Positions 10,423 to 22,400 of a stretch of 64,000 nucleotides of DNA are shown here, one piece after another; positions within the stretch are counted from its first letter, which is position 1; the number at the start of each line of letters is the position of its first letter. The translations under genes and the position numbers were made by a program. A model generated the notes under the pieces. The model saw nothing but the letters and a program-made list of their open reading frames with translations. It was not told the origin of the DNA and made no database searches. Source of the stretch: Candidatus Micrarchaeia archaeon (GTDB lineage Archaea; Micrarchaeota; Micrarchaeia; Anstonellales; J096). The stretch spans positions 14,196 to 78,195 of the forward strand of contig JBGQMY010000002.1 of the NCBI GenBank assembly GCA_041500865.1, in the 5' to 3' direction.

Positions 10423-13400
10423 TCAACCCTTGAATTTGTACTGCCTGCCGCTGCCGCCCCCTTCCCTCAGGAAGAAATAGTATATGGCGACTATTATGGC
10501 TGCTATCGCCACGATGGCCAATAGCGCCGCGGCCAGCACGCCGACCCAGTCAAGCGGCTTTGGCGGCTGCGCCTGTGCGCAAAGTCCCGCGCTCATGTTG
10601 CAGCTGCCTGAGCAGCAGTCGCTGTCAATCTTGCATGCCCCGTTGTCTGCGGCGCACGTGATATTGGCCCCTGAGACATTCTGGGTCACGTTGGTTGGAT
10701 GGGTCGCGTTTCCTCCCTGCTGAGCCGCTGCCCTGGCCATTGCGCCAATCACGGCAAACGCGTTGTTGCCTGAGACGTTGTTCAGCATTATGGAGACATT
10801 GAGGCTGCCGTCGCCATTCACGTCAACGGTCCTGTTCTCGCCCACATAAACGGTGATTGTGCCAGTGAGGCTGTCCACCTGGTATGCCGCATACTCGGCG
10901 CCGACGTCAATCAGGGTGACGTTGATGTACCTGGTGGAGCCGTTGCTTACATACGGGATTTGGCTTGTCTGGTTCCTGGACATGCCGCCCTGGGTGCCGT
11001 TCCCGGCAGTCTGGTTCTGCTGGCCTCCTGCTGCCGCGCAGCTGAACGACACTGTCAGCGAGGCGCTGTCGTAGCCGTCCTTGTCCGCATACACGACGTA
11101 CGTGCCGCTTGCGAGGTTGCTGAAGGTGTATCCCGAGGTATATGCCGTATGCCTGTCGTCCGAGTTTATGTAGACGGTAACCCCGCTAAGCGCCGTGCCG
11201 CTGCTGGCTACAGTAACCCTCACGTTGGCAGTTCCGTCGCTGTTGCATGACGTGTAGTTGGATATCGCCATTGAAGGCAGCGCCGCCCCGCCTCCGCCGC
11301 CCCCTCCGCCCCCTCCGCCTCCGCCACCGCTTGTCTTTACGGTAACGGTCCTAGACAGCGAGGATGACGAGTAGTTCTCGGTCGCGTTGTACACCAGCTT
11401 CACTGTGTGAGTTCCTGTCGCAGACCAGGACGTGCTGTTGTAGATGTTGCCGTTGCCTGAGCGCGAGAACGCGCTGTCCAGCCATATCTCTATGTGGCCG
11501 TTGGCCGGCGTTGTGACAGTGCCGTTGAATGTGACTGTGGCGCCGGTGTTGACGGTTATTCCGCCAGCAACCCCATTGACGGTAAGGCTTATGCTGGGCG
11601 CCGCCTTGGCTATTGTTAAATTATTTGAGGCGGATGCGCCTGTGTAGTTCTCAGTCCCGCTTATGTTGCACACAAAGAGGTATGCCCCTGCCGGCAGGTT
11701 GGCTATGCTTTCGGCGTAGCCTAGACCGCTTGCCATGAACGTGCCGTTCCTGTAAATGGATACGTTAAGGCCGGCTTGGCCGCTGCATGAAACGTTTATG
11801 TTGCTGTTGTTCCATGTCGGCGTCCATCCTGCTGACGAGGAGAACGTGAGCGCAGTTGACACTTGCGCTATTGTCAGCGTGTTTGATGCGCTGCCGTTCG
11901 TGTAGTTCTCGTTGCCGCTTGTGTTGCACACATATTCGTATGTGCCTGCAGAAAGGTTCTGCGGGTCGCTCGCAAAGCCCATGCCGCTGTCAACAAGCGT
12001 GCCGTTCCTGTAAAGCTCCATGTTCACCTGCGCGGCTCCCGTGCAGTTGACTATAGTTCCGTAAGGCCAGGTTCCGCTCCATGATGGTGAAGCTGCCAAT
12101 GCGGCACTCGGGTCTGCCATAAGCACGGTTATGCTCATGTTTGGCATAGAGTCGTTCAGGTTGCTCCACGTGTCATTGGCAGTCCACCTGTAAGTATATT
12201 CTCCTGCCGCGAGGTGGCCGGTGTCGTACTCGAACTGGCTGCCTGCCTGGCTTGTGAATGGCGATTGGACCAAAGAGCCGCTGAAGTTGTTCTCAACAAG
12301 CACTGTGTCAAGTCCCGTTTCATCCGTCCAGGTTGCGTTCAGCAGGTATGAGAGGTTGGGCCTGTATGTGTCGTTGATGTTTGCGCTTGGCTCCAATGCG
12401 GTATAATTCGGCGCATTTGATTCAGGCGTGAGGTTCATGGCAAAGAACACTGTGTCGTTGGCCGTGTTGCCTGCCGAGTCGTTTGCAATCACCGTAATGG
12501 TGTGGTTGCCGTCGCTTATGCCAAGGAGCGAACTGATGTTGGAGCATCCGGCAAGGCCGATTGCCGCGCCTCCGTCAACCATGTATCTGCAGTATGCAAG
12601 GTTCGCATCCGATGCAGTGTAGTTCAGGTCGATGTTGGCCGTGGTGTATATGGTTATGTTGTCTGGCGACTGGATTGCGACTATTGGCGCAGTGGTGTCA
12701 ACCGTGAAGGTGCGCCCAGAACTGACTGTTGTGCCTGCGCTGTCGTTGGCCCAGGCCGTCATGTTGTATATTCCGTCGTCAAAGTCAAGGGTAAATGGGG
12801 CACCTGGAGGAGTATAGATTACATTGGTTCCGTTGGTGTAGAACCATACCGTATCCAAGTTCGTGTCATTCGCGCTTATGTTTATCAGTATTGTGCTGGT
12901 GTTGTAGTAATAGCTTAGCAAAGGCGACACTATCGTTATGGTCGGGCTTACCGTGTCGACCGTGAAGTTGTCGGTTCCGCTGACTGCTATGTTGTTTGCT
13001 GCGTCAGAGCAGCTGACATTCCAAAGGTGGCTGGTTTCGGTAGCGTTGTATGACAATGACGCGGGCGTGTTGTTATGCGCATTGACACTGCCTGCAGCCG
13101 AGCCGTCAACATAGACGACGCATGTCATGTTTTCCGAAATCGCGTCAACCGCGGTGAACGACAGGCTTACCAGCGATGAGGCCGGGAAGCTGTTGTTCTC
13201 CGGAGCCACAAGGGTTATGCCGGGCGCAGTCGTGTCTATCACTATTATCCTGGTCTCTGTTTTATTGAAGTTGCCGGCCAGGTCGGACACCGAGGCATTG
13301 AGGTAATACACACCGTCGCTAAGGTTGTTGAAAGTGTGCGCTAATACTAAAATGCCGCTGGCGCTTCCGTTAAAGGTGTCATAGAGGCCAGCGGGAGTGT

Positions 13401-16400
13401 AAAGCGTAATTATGCCATTCATGGTGTTGGTATCATTCATAATCAGATTCACGTCTATATTAGGTATCGGGGTTCCCGTTGACGAATTGGTCGTAGGCGA
13501 GGCAAACCATATCTGCGGGACAGTCCTGTCAACGGTCACGTTCCTGGTCTCTGTGCTGTTGGAGCGGCCGACCATGTCGTACGCCGTTGCGTTGAAGTAA
13601 TACGTGCCTTCTGCAAGGCCGCTGAAGTTCGCAAGGAAGCTGCTTGAGTTGGACCATGTCTGGTTCCTGAGCGCACCGCTCGCGTTGTACAGCCTGACGG
13701 TCACGTTCGCGAAGCTTGAATCATTAACACTGACGTTCGCGATTATGCTGTTCGCAAACGAGGACGAGTTCGTTGACGGCGTTGCAAAGCGTATCGCCGG
13801 GTTTGTCGTGTCCACCGTGAAGTTCACGCTGGCTGTCGAGACGTGGCCGACCATGTCGGTTGACCACACCGTAAGGGTGTTGGCTCCCTCCGTGAAGGTC
13901 CTGTTTACAGGAACCATGTAGGTCTCATTGGCCGTCCCGTTGTAGAACCAGGTCGTGTTCAGGTCTGCATCAGTCACGTTTATGCTCACAAGCACCGTTG
14001 AGTTGCTGTATGCCGTGGCTGCCGGGGATATTATCGTTATGCTTGGCGCTATGGCGTCAAGCGTGACGTTCCTTGTCTCGGTCTTGTTCGTCCTGCCTGC
14101 CCTGTCGTAGACTGTTGCGTTGAAGAAGTACGTGCCATCCCCAAGCCCAGTGACGTTAAGGAATGCCGGGCTGGCAGTTGAGGTCTGGTTCCTTACCAGC
14201 GCGCCTGTTGAGTTGTATACCCTTATCGTGACGTTGGCGAGGTTGGTGTCATTCGCGCTTACGTTTATCTCTATAAAGTTGTTCAACGAGGCTGTCACGT
14301 TAGTGGTTGGCGCAACAAATGATATTTCGGGGTTTATCGTGTCAACGGTGAATGTCCTGTTCGTTGAGTTGATCCTCCCTGCGGAGTCGTTCACCCAGGC
14401 ATACATGCCATAGGTGGCATCGCTGAAGTTCCTGGCAAACGGCGTTCCATTGTATGTTTCATTGTCCGTGCCGTTGTAGAACCAGACCGTGTCCTTGTTG
14501 GCGTCTGTTGCGCTTATGTTCACCAGTATCGTTGCATTGGTGTAATAAGCCAATGACGGCGACATTATCGCTATTGCCGGGTTTATCGTGTCAACAGTGA
14601 AGTTCCTTGTTTCGCTCACGACCGTGTTGTTCGCGTCGTCCGTGCAGTTGACATACCATGTGCGGAGCGCGTTGCTGAAGTTCCTTGTCAGGTTGTACTG
14701 CGATGCGTTTGAAACCGCTACTGTTGCGTTGAGCGTGCCGTTTATGTAGATTTTGCACGTTATGCTTGTGTCAACATTGTCATCCGGCGTGAATGAGAGA
14801 GTCACATTGGTAGTTGGAGAGAAGCTGCCTGCGGCTGGCGCATTGAGCGTTATGTTTGGCGGCACTGAGTCAACAGTGAAATTGACGCTTGCCGTTGATA
14901 CGTGCCCGACCATGTCGTTCGCCCAAGCCGTGAGCGTGTTTGCTCCCTGCTGGAATGTCCTTGTGACGGGCGTTCCGTTGTAGGTTTCGTTGTCCGTTCC
15001 GTTGTAGAACCAAGTCGTGTTAAGGTCGGCGTCAGTGGCGCTTATGTTGACCCATATCGTCGCATTGGTGTAATACCTTGCCGTCGGGCTTATTATTGCC
15101 AGGGTTGGCGCGACCGTGTTGAGCGTGACGTTCCTTGTCTCGGTCTTGTTGATCCTGCCTGCCCTGTCGTATGCCGTTGCGTTAAAATAATAGACGCCGT
15201 CGCTGAGGTTGGAGTAGTTTGCGAACACCGTAGCGGACGATGAGCTGAACGTTGAGTTCCTCAGCCCGCCGGTTGAGTTGTATAGCCTTACCGTGACGTT
15301 CGCGAAGTTGCTGTCATTAACTGAGACATTCGCCAAGACATAGTTATTCAGCGAGAATGAGACATTCGTGGTTGGCGCGACAAACGCTATTGCCGGGTTT
15401 ACCGTGTCGACTGTGAAGTTCCTTGTCTCGGTCTTGTTGAGGTTCCCTGCGCTGTCAAACGCCGTTGCGTTGATGTAATAGATGCCTTCGGCAAGCGACG
15501 TCTCGTTGGCAAACAGGTTTGTCAGGGTCCCTGACGTGTTGAAATACAGCCCAGTGGAGTTGTAGAAGAATATCGTTACGTTCCTGAAGTTTGCGTCGCT
15601 GGCCGTGACGTTCACAAGGGCGCTGTCCCTGTTCAGGTATGCGCTAGAGTTTTCCGTAGGCGACTTGAAGATTATTGTCGGCTTTATCGTGTCGACCGTG
15701 AAGTTCCTGGTTTCGCTGACTGCCGAGTTGTTCGCGTCGTCCGTGCAGTTGACATACCATGTGCGGAGCGCGTTGCTGAAGTTCCTTGTCAGGTTGTACT
15801 GCGACGCGTTTGAAACCGCGGCCGTTGCGTTGAGCGTGCCGTTTATGTAGATTTTGCACGTAATGCTGGTATCCACGTTGTCATCCGGCGTGAATGAAAG
15901 CGTCACGTTTATTGTATTTGAGAATCCTCCTGCAGCAGGCGCATTGAGCGTTATGTTTGGCGGGATTGAGTCTACGCTGAAGTTAACGCTGGCTGTCGAC
16001 AGATGCCCAATCAGGTCGTTTGACCACACAGTAAGCGTGTTTGCCCCTTGCTGGAATGTCCTTGTGACCGGGGTGCCGACAGCATAAGTCTCGTTGGCCG
16101 TGCCGTTGAAGAACCACGTTGAGTTGTCAGAGTCGGTTACGCTTATGTTCACCAGTATGGAGGCGTTGTTGTATAGCTTGCTCGTAGGCGATATTATGGT
16201 TATGCTTGGCGCTGTCGCGTCAATCGTGATGTTCCTTGTCTCTGTTTTGTTTGCCAGCCCTGCCAGGTCATATACGGTTGCGTTGAAATAGTACAGGCCG
16301 TCGCTGAGGTTGGTATAATTTACAAAGACGCTGCCTGGGCTGCTTGAGAACGTTGAGTTTCTCAGCCCGCCGGTCGCGTTGTAGAGCCTTATCGTGGCGT

Positions 16401-19400
16401 TGGCGAAGTTCGTGTCGCTGGAGCTAATATTTATTGCAACATAGGCGTTGAGCGAATACGCCGAGGAGTTCGGCGTCGGAGTTGTGAATGTTATTGCCGG
16501 GTTTATTGTGTCAACAATGAACGTCCTGTTTGTTGAGTTTGTCCTGCCGACTGTGTCGTTGGCCCATGCGGTCATGTTGTACACGCCGTCCGTGTAGTTA
16601 AGCGTTACTGGTCCCGCGTATGTCGTGTTTGCAGTGCCCGTCCCGTTGTAGAACCGCACCGTGTCCAGGTTTGCGTCGCTTGCGCTTATGTTTATCAGCA
16701 TGTTGGTCCCGTTTGCGTAATATGCCTGCGAAGGCGACACTATGGATATCGCCGGGTTTGTCGTGTCCACAATCACGTTCCTGACCCCGGTTGCGTTGGG
16801 ATTCCCCGCAAGGTCGGAGCAGTTTGCGAAGTAGACGTGGGTGCCGTCGCTGAGGCTGGCCAGCGTGTAGTTGGCCGTCGTGTTTCCGTCGGAGTTGTGT
16901 ATCTGCATCGCATATGAGGATGGCAAGGCCGGAATCCTGATGTTGCCGAGGATGTAATTGGCTGACATTCCATAAGTGTTGTCGCCGTAGCAGGTGGAGT
17001 TGCCGTTTGACAACAGATAGCAGGTATGGAAGACGCCTGCTGAAAGCGCAATGGCTTTTCCTCCTGTGTAGTTGGTTGCTTCACCTGGACCGTTGCCATT
17101 GAAGCCGTAGCATGTTGAGTTGCCGTTGCTGAGAAGGTAGCAGGTGTCCAGGTTGCTTGCAGAGACTGCAATGGCGTCGCCACCCGTGTAGCTGGTTGTT
17201 TCGCCATTGCCGCTGTCATAGCCGTAGCATACGGAGTTGCCGCTGCTGAGCACGTAGCATGTGTGGTCCTGGCCTGCAGCAACCGCGATGGCGTCGCCGC
17301 CGGTGTAGTTGGTTGCCTGGCCGGCGCTGCCTACGCATGGCGTGTAACCAAGGCAGTTGGCGTCGCCGTAGCATACGGAGTTGCCGCTGCTGAGCAGGTA
17401 GCAGGTGTCGTAGTCAGTTGCAGAAACTGCGACGGCGTCGCCGCCTGTATAACTGGTCGACTGGTTCGAGCTGTCGTCGCCGTAGCATACGGAGTTGCCG
17501 TTGCTGAGCACATAGCATGTGTGCTTATATTCCGTTGAGACCGCGATGGCGTTGCCGCCTGTGTAGTTTGTCGACCTGCCGTCGGTGTTGGAGCCGTAGC
17601 ATACGGAGTTGCCGTTGCTGAGCACATAGCATGTGTGGTATTCGCCCATGGCAACCGCGATGGCGTTGCCTCCTGTGTAATTTGTTGCCTCACCGTTGCC
17701 ATTGAAGCCGTAGCATTTGGAGTTGCCGTTGCTGAGCACATAGCATGTCTGATAAGTGCCTACCGAAATCGGCGCGTTTGAGGACGCCCTTCTCTGCGCG
17801 TCCATTGTGAGCGTGCATGACTGCAGGTTCTCGCTGGAGCTGACGTTTATGGCGATGCTGCCGTTGAGATATGCTGAGGTGTTGGGCGTCGGGCTCACGA
17901 AAGCCAATGCTGGCGCCACGTTGTCTATGCTGATGTTATAGGTGCTGGAGTAGAACCTGCCGTATTCCATCAGCTCCCCGCTTCCGTCCGCAGCATATGC
18001 CACGTCTATTGTAAAGAACGAATACGTGCCGTTGTCTCCGGTCGCATAGACCTTCCAGGTGGCGTTGCACACCTTGCCCTGAGTCATGTTGCTGTAGCAG
18101 CTGAGGTTGGACGGGTTTGACGAAGTCGTGTAGAACGGCCTTGCCCCAACGGTCGTTGGAACGACGCCCTTGTCAAGCGTTGAGCCAAGTGCATTGACCC
18201 TCGGATATGTGTAGTTGAGCGTTCCTGCGGTGTCAACAATGGGCTTTCCGCCTGTCTTCAGCATCGAATCCACCTCAACCGGAGCCGGCATCCTGCCGTA
18301 GCTCTGGACAAAGAACTGGTTTATGAGCGCGATGGCGCCCGAAACGTGCGGGGTCGCCATTGACGTGCCCTGCTTCGGCGTATGAGTGCCTGCGAAATCT
18401 GTTGCGATTATGCCCACGCCAGGAGCAAGCACGTCAAGCGTCCTGTCCCTGTTGGTAAAGCCCGCTATTGCGTCCGAGTCGTCTGTTGCGCCCACTGAAA
18501 TAGCAGTGGAGATGCATGCCGGCGAGCCTATTCCGGGCACGTCAGAAAATGGGTCGGAAGCCCCGGATCCGTGGTGTTCGTTGCCTGATGCGATGACAAC
18601 CGAGATGTTGCTATTGCGGGCATTGTATAGATAAGGCGTAAAGGCGTCATCATTGTCGCAAACCTTGCCGTCGCAGCTGCCATAATTGCAATCGCTGCCG
18701 CCTATGCTTATTGATATGACGCTTATGTTATATAGGCTGGCGTTGTTTATGCACCATTCTATGCCTGCTTCGATATCGGCTTCGGGGCAGACGTCGCCGG
18801 TGCTGTCGCAGACCTTTACCATCGCGATTTTTGCGCCAGGCGCAACGCCCCTGTAAACAGAGTCGATTGAGCCGACAATGCCGGACACGTGCGAGCCGTG
18901 GCCGTTGTCGTCAATGAAGTTAGTGTCGTTGTTGTAGAAGTCGTATCCCCCTACAATCTTGCTGCAGTTGTGGCTCGTTATTATGTCTGCAAGCGTGCAG
19001 CTCCCGAAGTCCGGATGCGCGTAGTTTATGCCTGTGTCAAGTATGCACACTGTCTGGCCTGTGCCGTTTATGTTCCGGCCGTTTATTGACATGTTCCATA
19101 GCTCAGTCGCATTTATGAGCGGAACTGAAACGTCAAGCATGGTATGGAAAGTCCTTGCGATGCGGACAGATGCGACGTTCGGGTTGGCCATGAGGCTCTT
19201 TATGCCCGCAAGCGTCGCAGTCCCCGAGAAGCTGTTCACTGTGGAATACCTGTACTTAACCTTGAAGTCGCCCGAAGAAAGCGTTGAAATCACGGCAGAC
19301 TGCACCGAATATACGTTTTCCCTTGTCTTGAGGCTTGCAGCCGGCTCCTTGAGCGTCACGATTACTTCAACCGGGCCGTTCTTTGCCGCGGAAAGGATGT

Positions 19401-22400
19401 CCTTGGGCGTCTCGTTTGCGCCCGCCATTATCGGGTCAAGGACCGCGGCAACAGCCCCGCACGGGCCGCCGACGCAGGTCACGGATGCGCTGATGTTGAA
19501 CGTGGCGTTGTCTTTCATGCTGCTCCTTGTCACGTTGGTTATGTTCGCAACCAATATGCCCTGTTGCTGGACATAGAGATTATACGTCCCGGCATCACCG
19601 TAAAGCTCATCGACCTCAACGTAGTACGTGGCGGTTTCCGGTGCCGTGAACCAGATTTCGCTGTTCCTGTTGATTGCGAATATTATGTCATCGCTATATC
19701 CCAGTATTGTGCCGGTTGAGTTGTAAAGCTGCATCTGCGTGTCCGTGATTGAGATGGCCGTAAGGTTCTTGGTCCATATGAAATATGTATATCCATTTAT
19801 CGCGTTGAATTTCACGAAGTCTATATCCGTCGGGGTGTTGAACGTGTGCGTCTGCGGCACGCCGGTCGTATTTATCCAATTCGCGCTGGCGTTGTCGTTG
19901 TCCGGCTCGTATGCGTCCGGGCTCAATGGCGCTATGGTGAAGGTTGTCCTTGATGTCGCGTTGTTGCCAGGTTCCGGATATGCGAAGTCGTATGCAGTCA
20001 CATTTAACCTGTAGTCGCCCTGGGTGAGCGTCGTTGTGTTGCGCAGGCACCTCAACGTTTCGCCGTTCGGGGCCAATGCGGTGCAGTTCGCGGTGTTGCT
20101 GGTGACGCTCCCGTTTGTCGCATTGTAAACGTATGTCGTTGCGTTTATTGATATCAATATCAGGCTGGGCGCAGTCCCTGTGCCGTTGACAGTGATGTTC
20201 ATTATGAAAGACGTTATGTTGGTTGAATAGCCGTCTGCTGGCTTTACGAGGGTTATCACAGGGCTGACGTTCTCCGTGACATTGTAGCCTGAGAATCCGG
20301 AGACGTTGAACGTCAGCGTCCCCGCAACCGCGTAAGTGGCGCCAGAAAGCGAGCAGTTTGTGCCGAGTGTGCGGCATCCTGCATATCCGGCAAGGGAGCA
20401 TATGCCGTTGGAGGATGAATTTATTGAGCATGAGGTTCCGTTGACGTAGCAGTACCCGGTATGCAACTGGCACGTGCCAGTGATTGGATATGTGGAGCAT
20501 TTTTGGGTTGTGGCATTGACCGAGCACGTTCCGCCGTTCAGGGTGCTGGAGTTGTAGGTTGTCCAGCTTGCCACATGGACAGAGGACTGCTTTGGCGAAT
20601 CGTCGGCGTATATGCCTGGCTGGGAAACGAACGGCAGGTTGTAGAGCCTCACTGTCGCGTTCGTGTCCAGCTCCACGAAATAGTCCGTGTCTATGAAAAT
20701 CCTTGACTGCTCGAACGTGTCGGGCGCCCCTATGTCCACGGTTATCGCAGAGCCAAGGTTGCTGAGCTTGTCCGCGCCAGACCACGTGGAAATGTTGACG
20801 GAGGTGAGGTTTATCAGCGCTGCGCTTGAAAAGTTCGTGCTTGGGCTCAGGCCTCCGCTTGCGCAGGACTCGTTCATCTGTATGTCTATGATGAAGTTGA
20901 CCCTGCTGAAGTCAAACACCTTGGTGAAGTTGGTCGTGAGGTTGCCGAAGCGGGTGCACGGGTTGCCAGTCATGTTTGGCACGCCTATGTCCTGGAGTAT
21001 GATTTCAACGGGAGTCATGTTCCATTGGCTGAATTCATCCGTGGCGATTACCCATACCATCCTCTGATTGACGGGGCCGGGCTGTGCGTACTGGCCTATG
21101 CTGCAAGAGCCGTTCCACAGGCCCGTGGCATGGTTGAAAGTCAAATTCAGGATGCCGCCGCAGGCGCTCGCATTGACGTCCGAGAAGTTAGCGACGACGG
21201 ATGTGATGTTGCCCTCGCCGGTCGCGTTAACAGAAAGGTTGATTATGGCGTCGTATGGCGAGAAAAAGTTGTCAGGGTTGAGGATTTGGACGTCCGAGAC
21301 CGGAAGCTGGCTGCTGAGGTTTGCCAAGACGCCCCATGCCATGGCATGGGCGTTGACATGGTCATCGGCCTCAAAGCCAATCCGGTATTCGCCGTCCGGG
21401 TCTGCGCGCACAAGCGGGATGTTGGATGACGAATTTACCGGATAGATGGTTATGTTGGAGTTGTTGAACGGGACTTTCTGCGCTGTGCTCAGGTTGAGGT
21501 ATATCCTCTGCGGCATGAATTTGGTCTGGTTGTTGGCATTTATGATGCTGGTGGTGCTGAGATTGCAGCCGTCCATGCCGCACCATTGCTCGCTCGCTAT
21601 GCCCAATAAGGTTGCATTCTGGCCGTTGGACATGGACGTATTGTAGATGAGCCACCAGTTGTAGGGCTTTGTGCAGTTGTTATCCTCCCCGCAGGAGAAA
21701 ATGAAAGTGCCGTTGCAGTCCCAGGGCGCGGTGTCGTTGATTTTCAGGCAGCCTGGCACTGATGCAGTGGGGCTGTCGTTGCCAAGCGCGAGAAAGTAAA
21801 AATTGTAATAGGCCGAGACGTTCTCGCCATTGAGCGTGTAGGTCTCCTGGCTCCATGTCGTGTTGTAGGCGCCGCTGGCTGGAAAGTCCCAGTTGGTCCC
21901 CTGTGTCTCGTTGCCGGACTGGCCCCACCCGGTCACTACATAACTGTAGTTGTCCAGCACGAAGGGCGTGACGCTCCACAGATACTTGTCGGTGATGTTC
22001 GCCCTCAGGAACCACGTCCTATGATAATAGAGGGAATAATTAAGGTCCATCTTGGAAACCGAAGGCGGGCTGTTGTCCACCGTGATGTTGGGAAGCATGT
22101 CATAGCCGTATCCGCCTGGTGAAGACGCATTGAGCACTAGCGAGTAGTTTTCGCACTCGCCGGCACAATTTAACGACGTGTCCCATGAGCAGATAGGGGA
22201 AGGGTCCGTTTCATTGCTTACGGACGCTGTGCCGTTGCATATCGTTGCGTTGTAAGCGCCGTTCCTGTAGAGCGACAGCGCCCAGCTGGTCATGTTGGGG
22301 TCGTACGCTATTCCCTCGACATCCACAACGCCGCCCACGAACTGCATTATCACGCCGCTTATGTTGTCATAGTTCCCTGTTGGGTTGGTTATTTTGACAT

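Noticed and set aside
16950..17770. Regularly spaced ~30-bp DNA repeats resembling a CRISPR array or a DGR template/variable pair
   Set aside because: They are in-frame coding repeats with mutually similar spacers; no cas gene or reverse transcriptase is in the window
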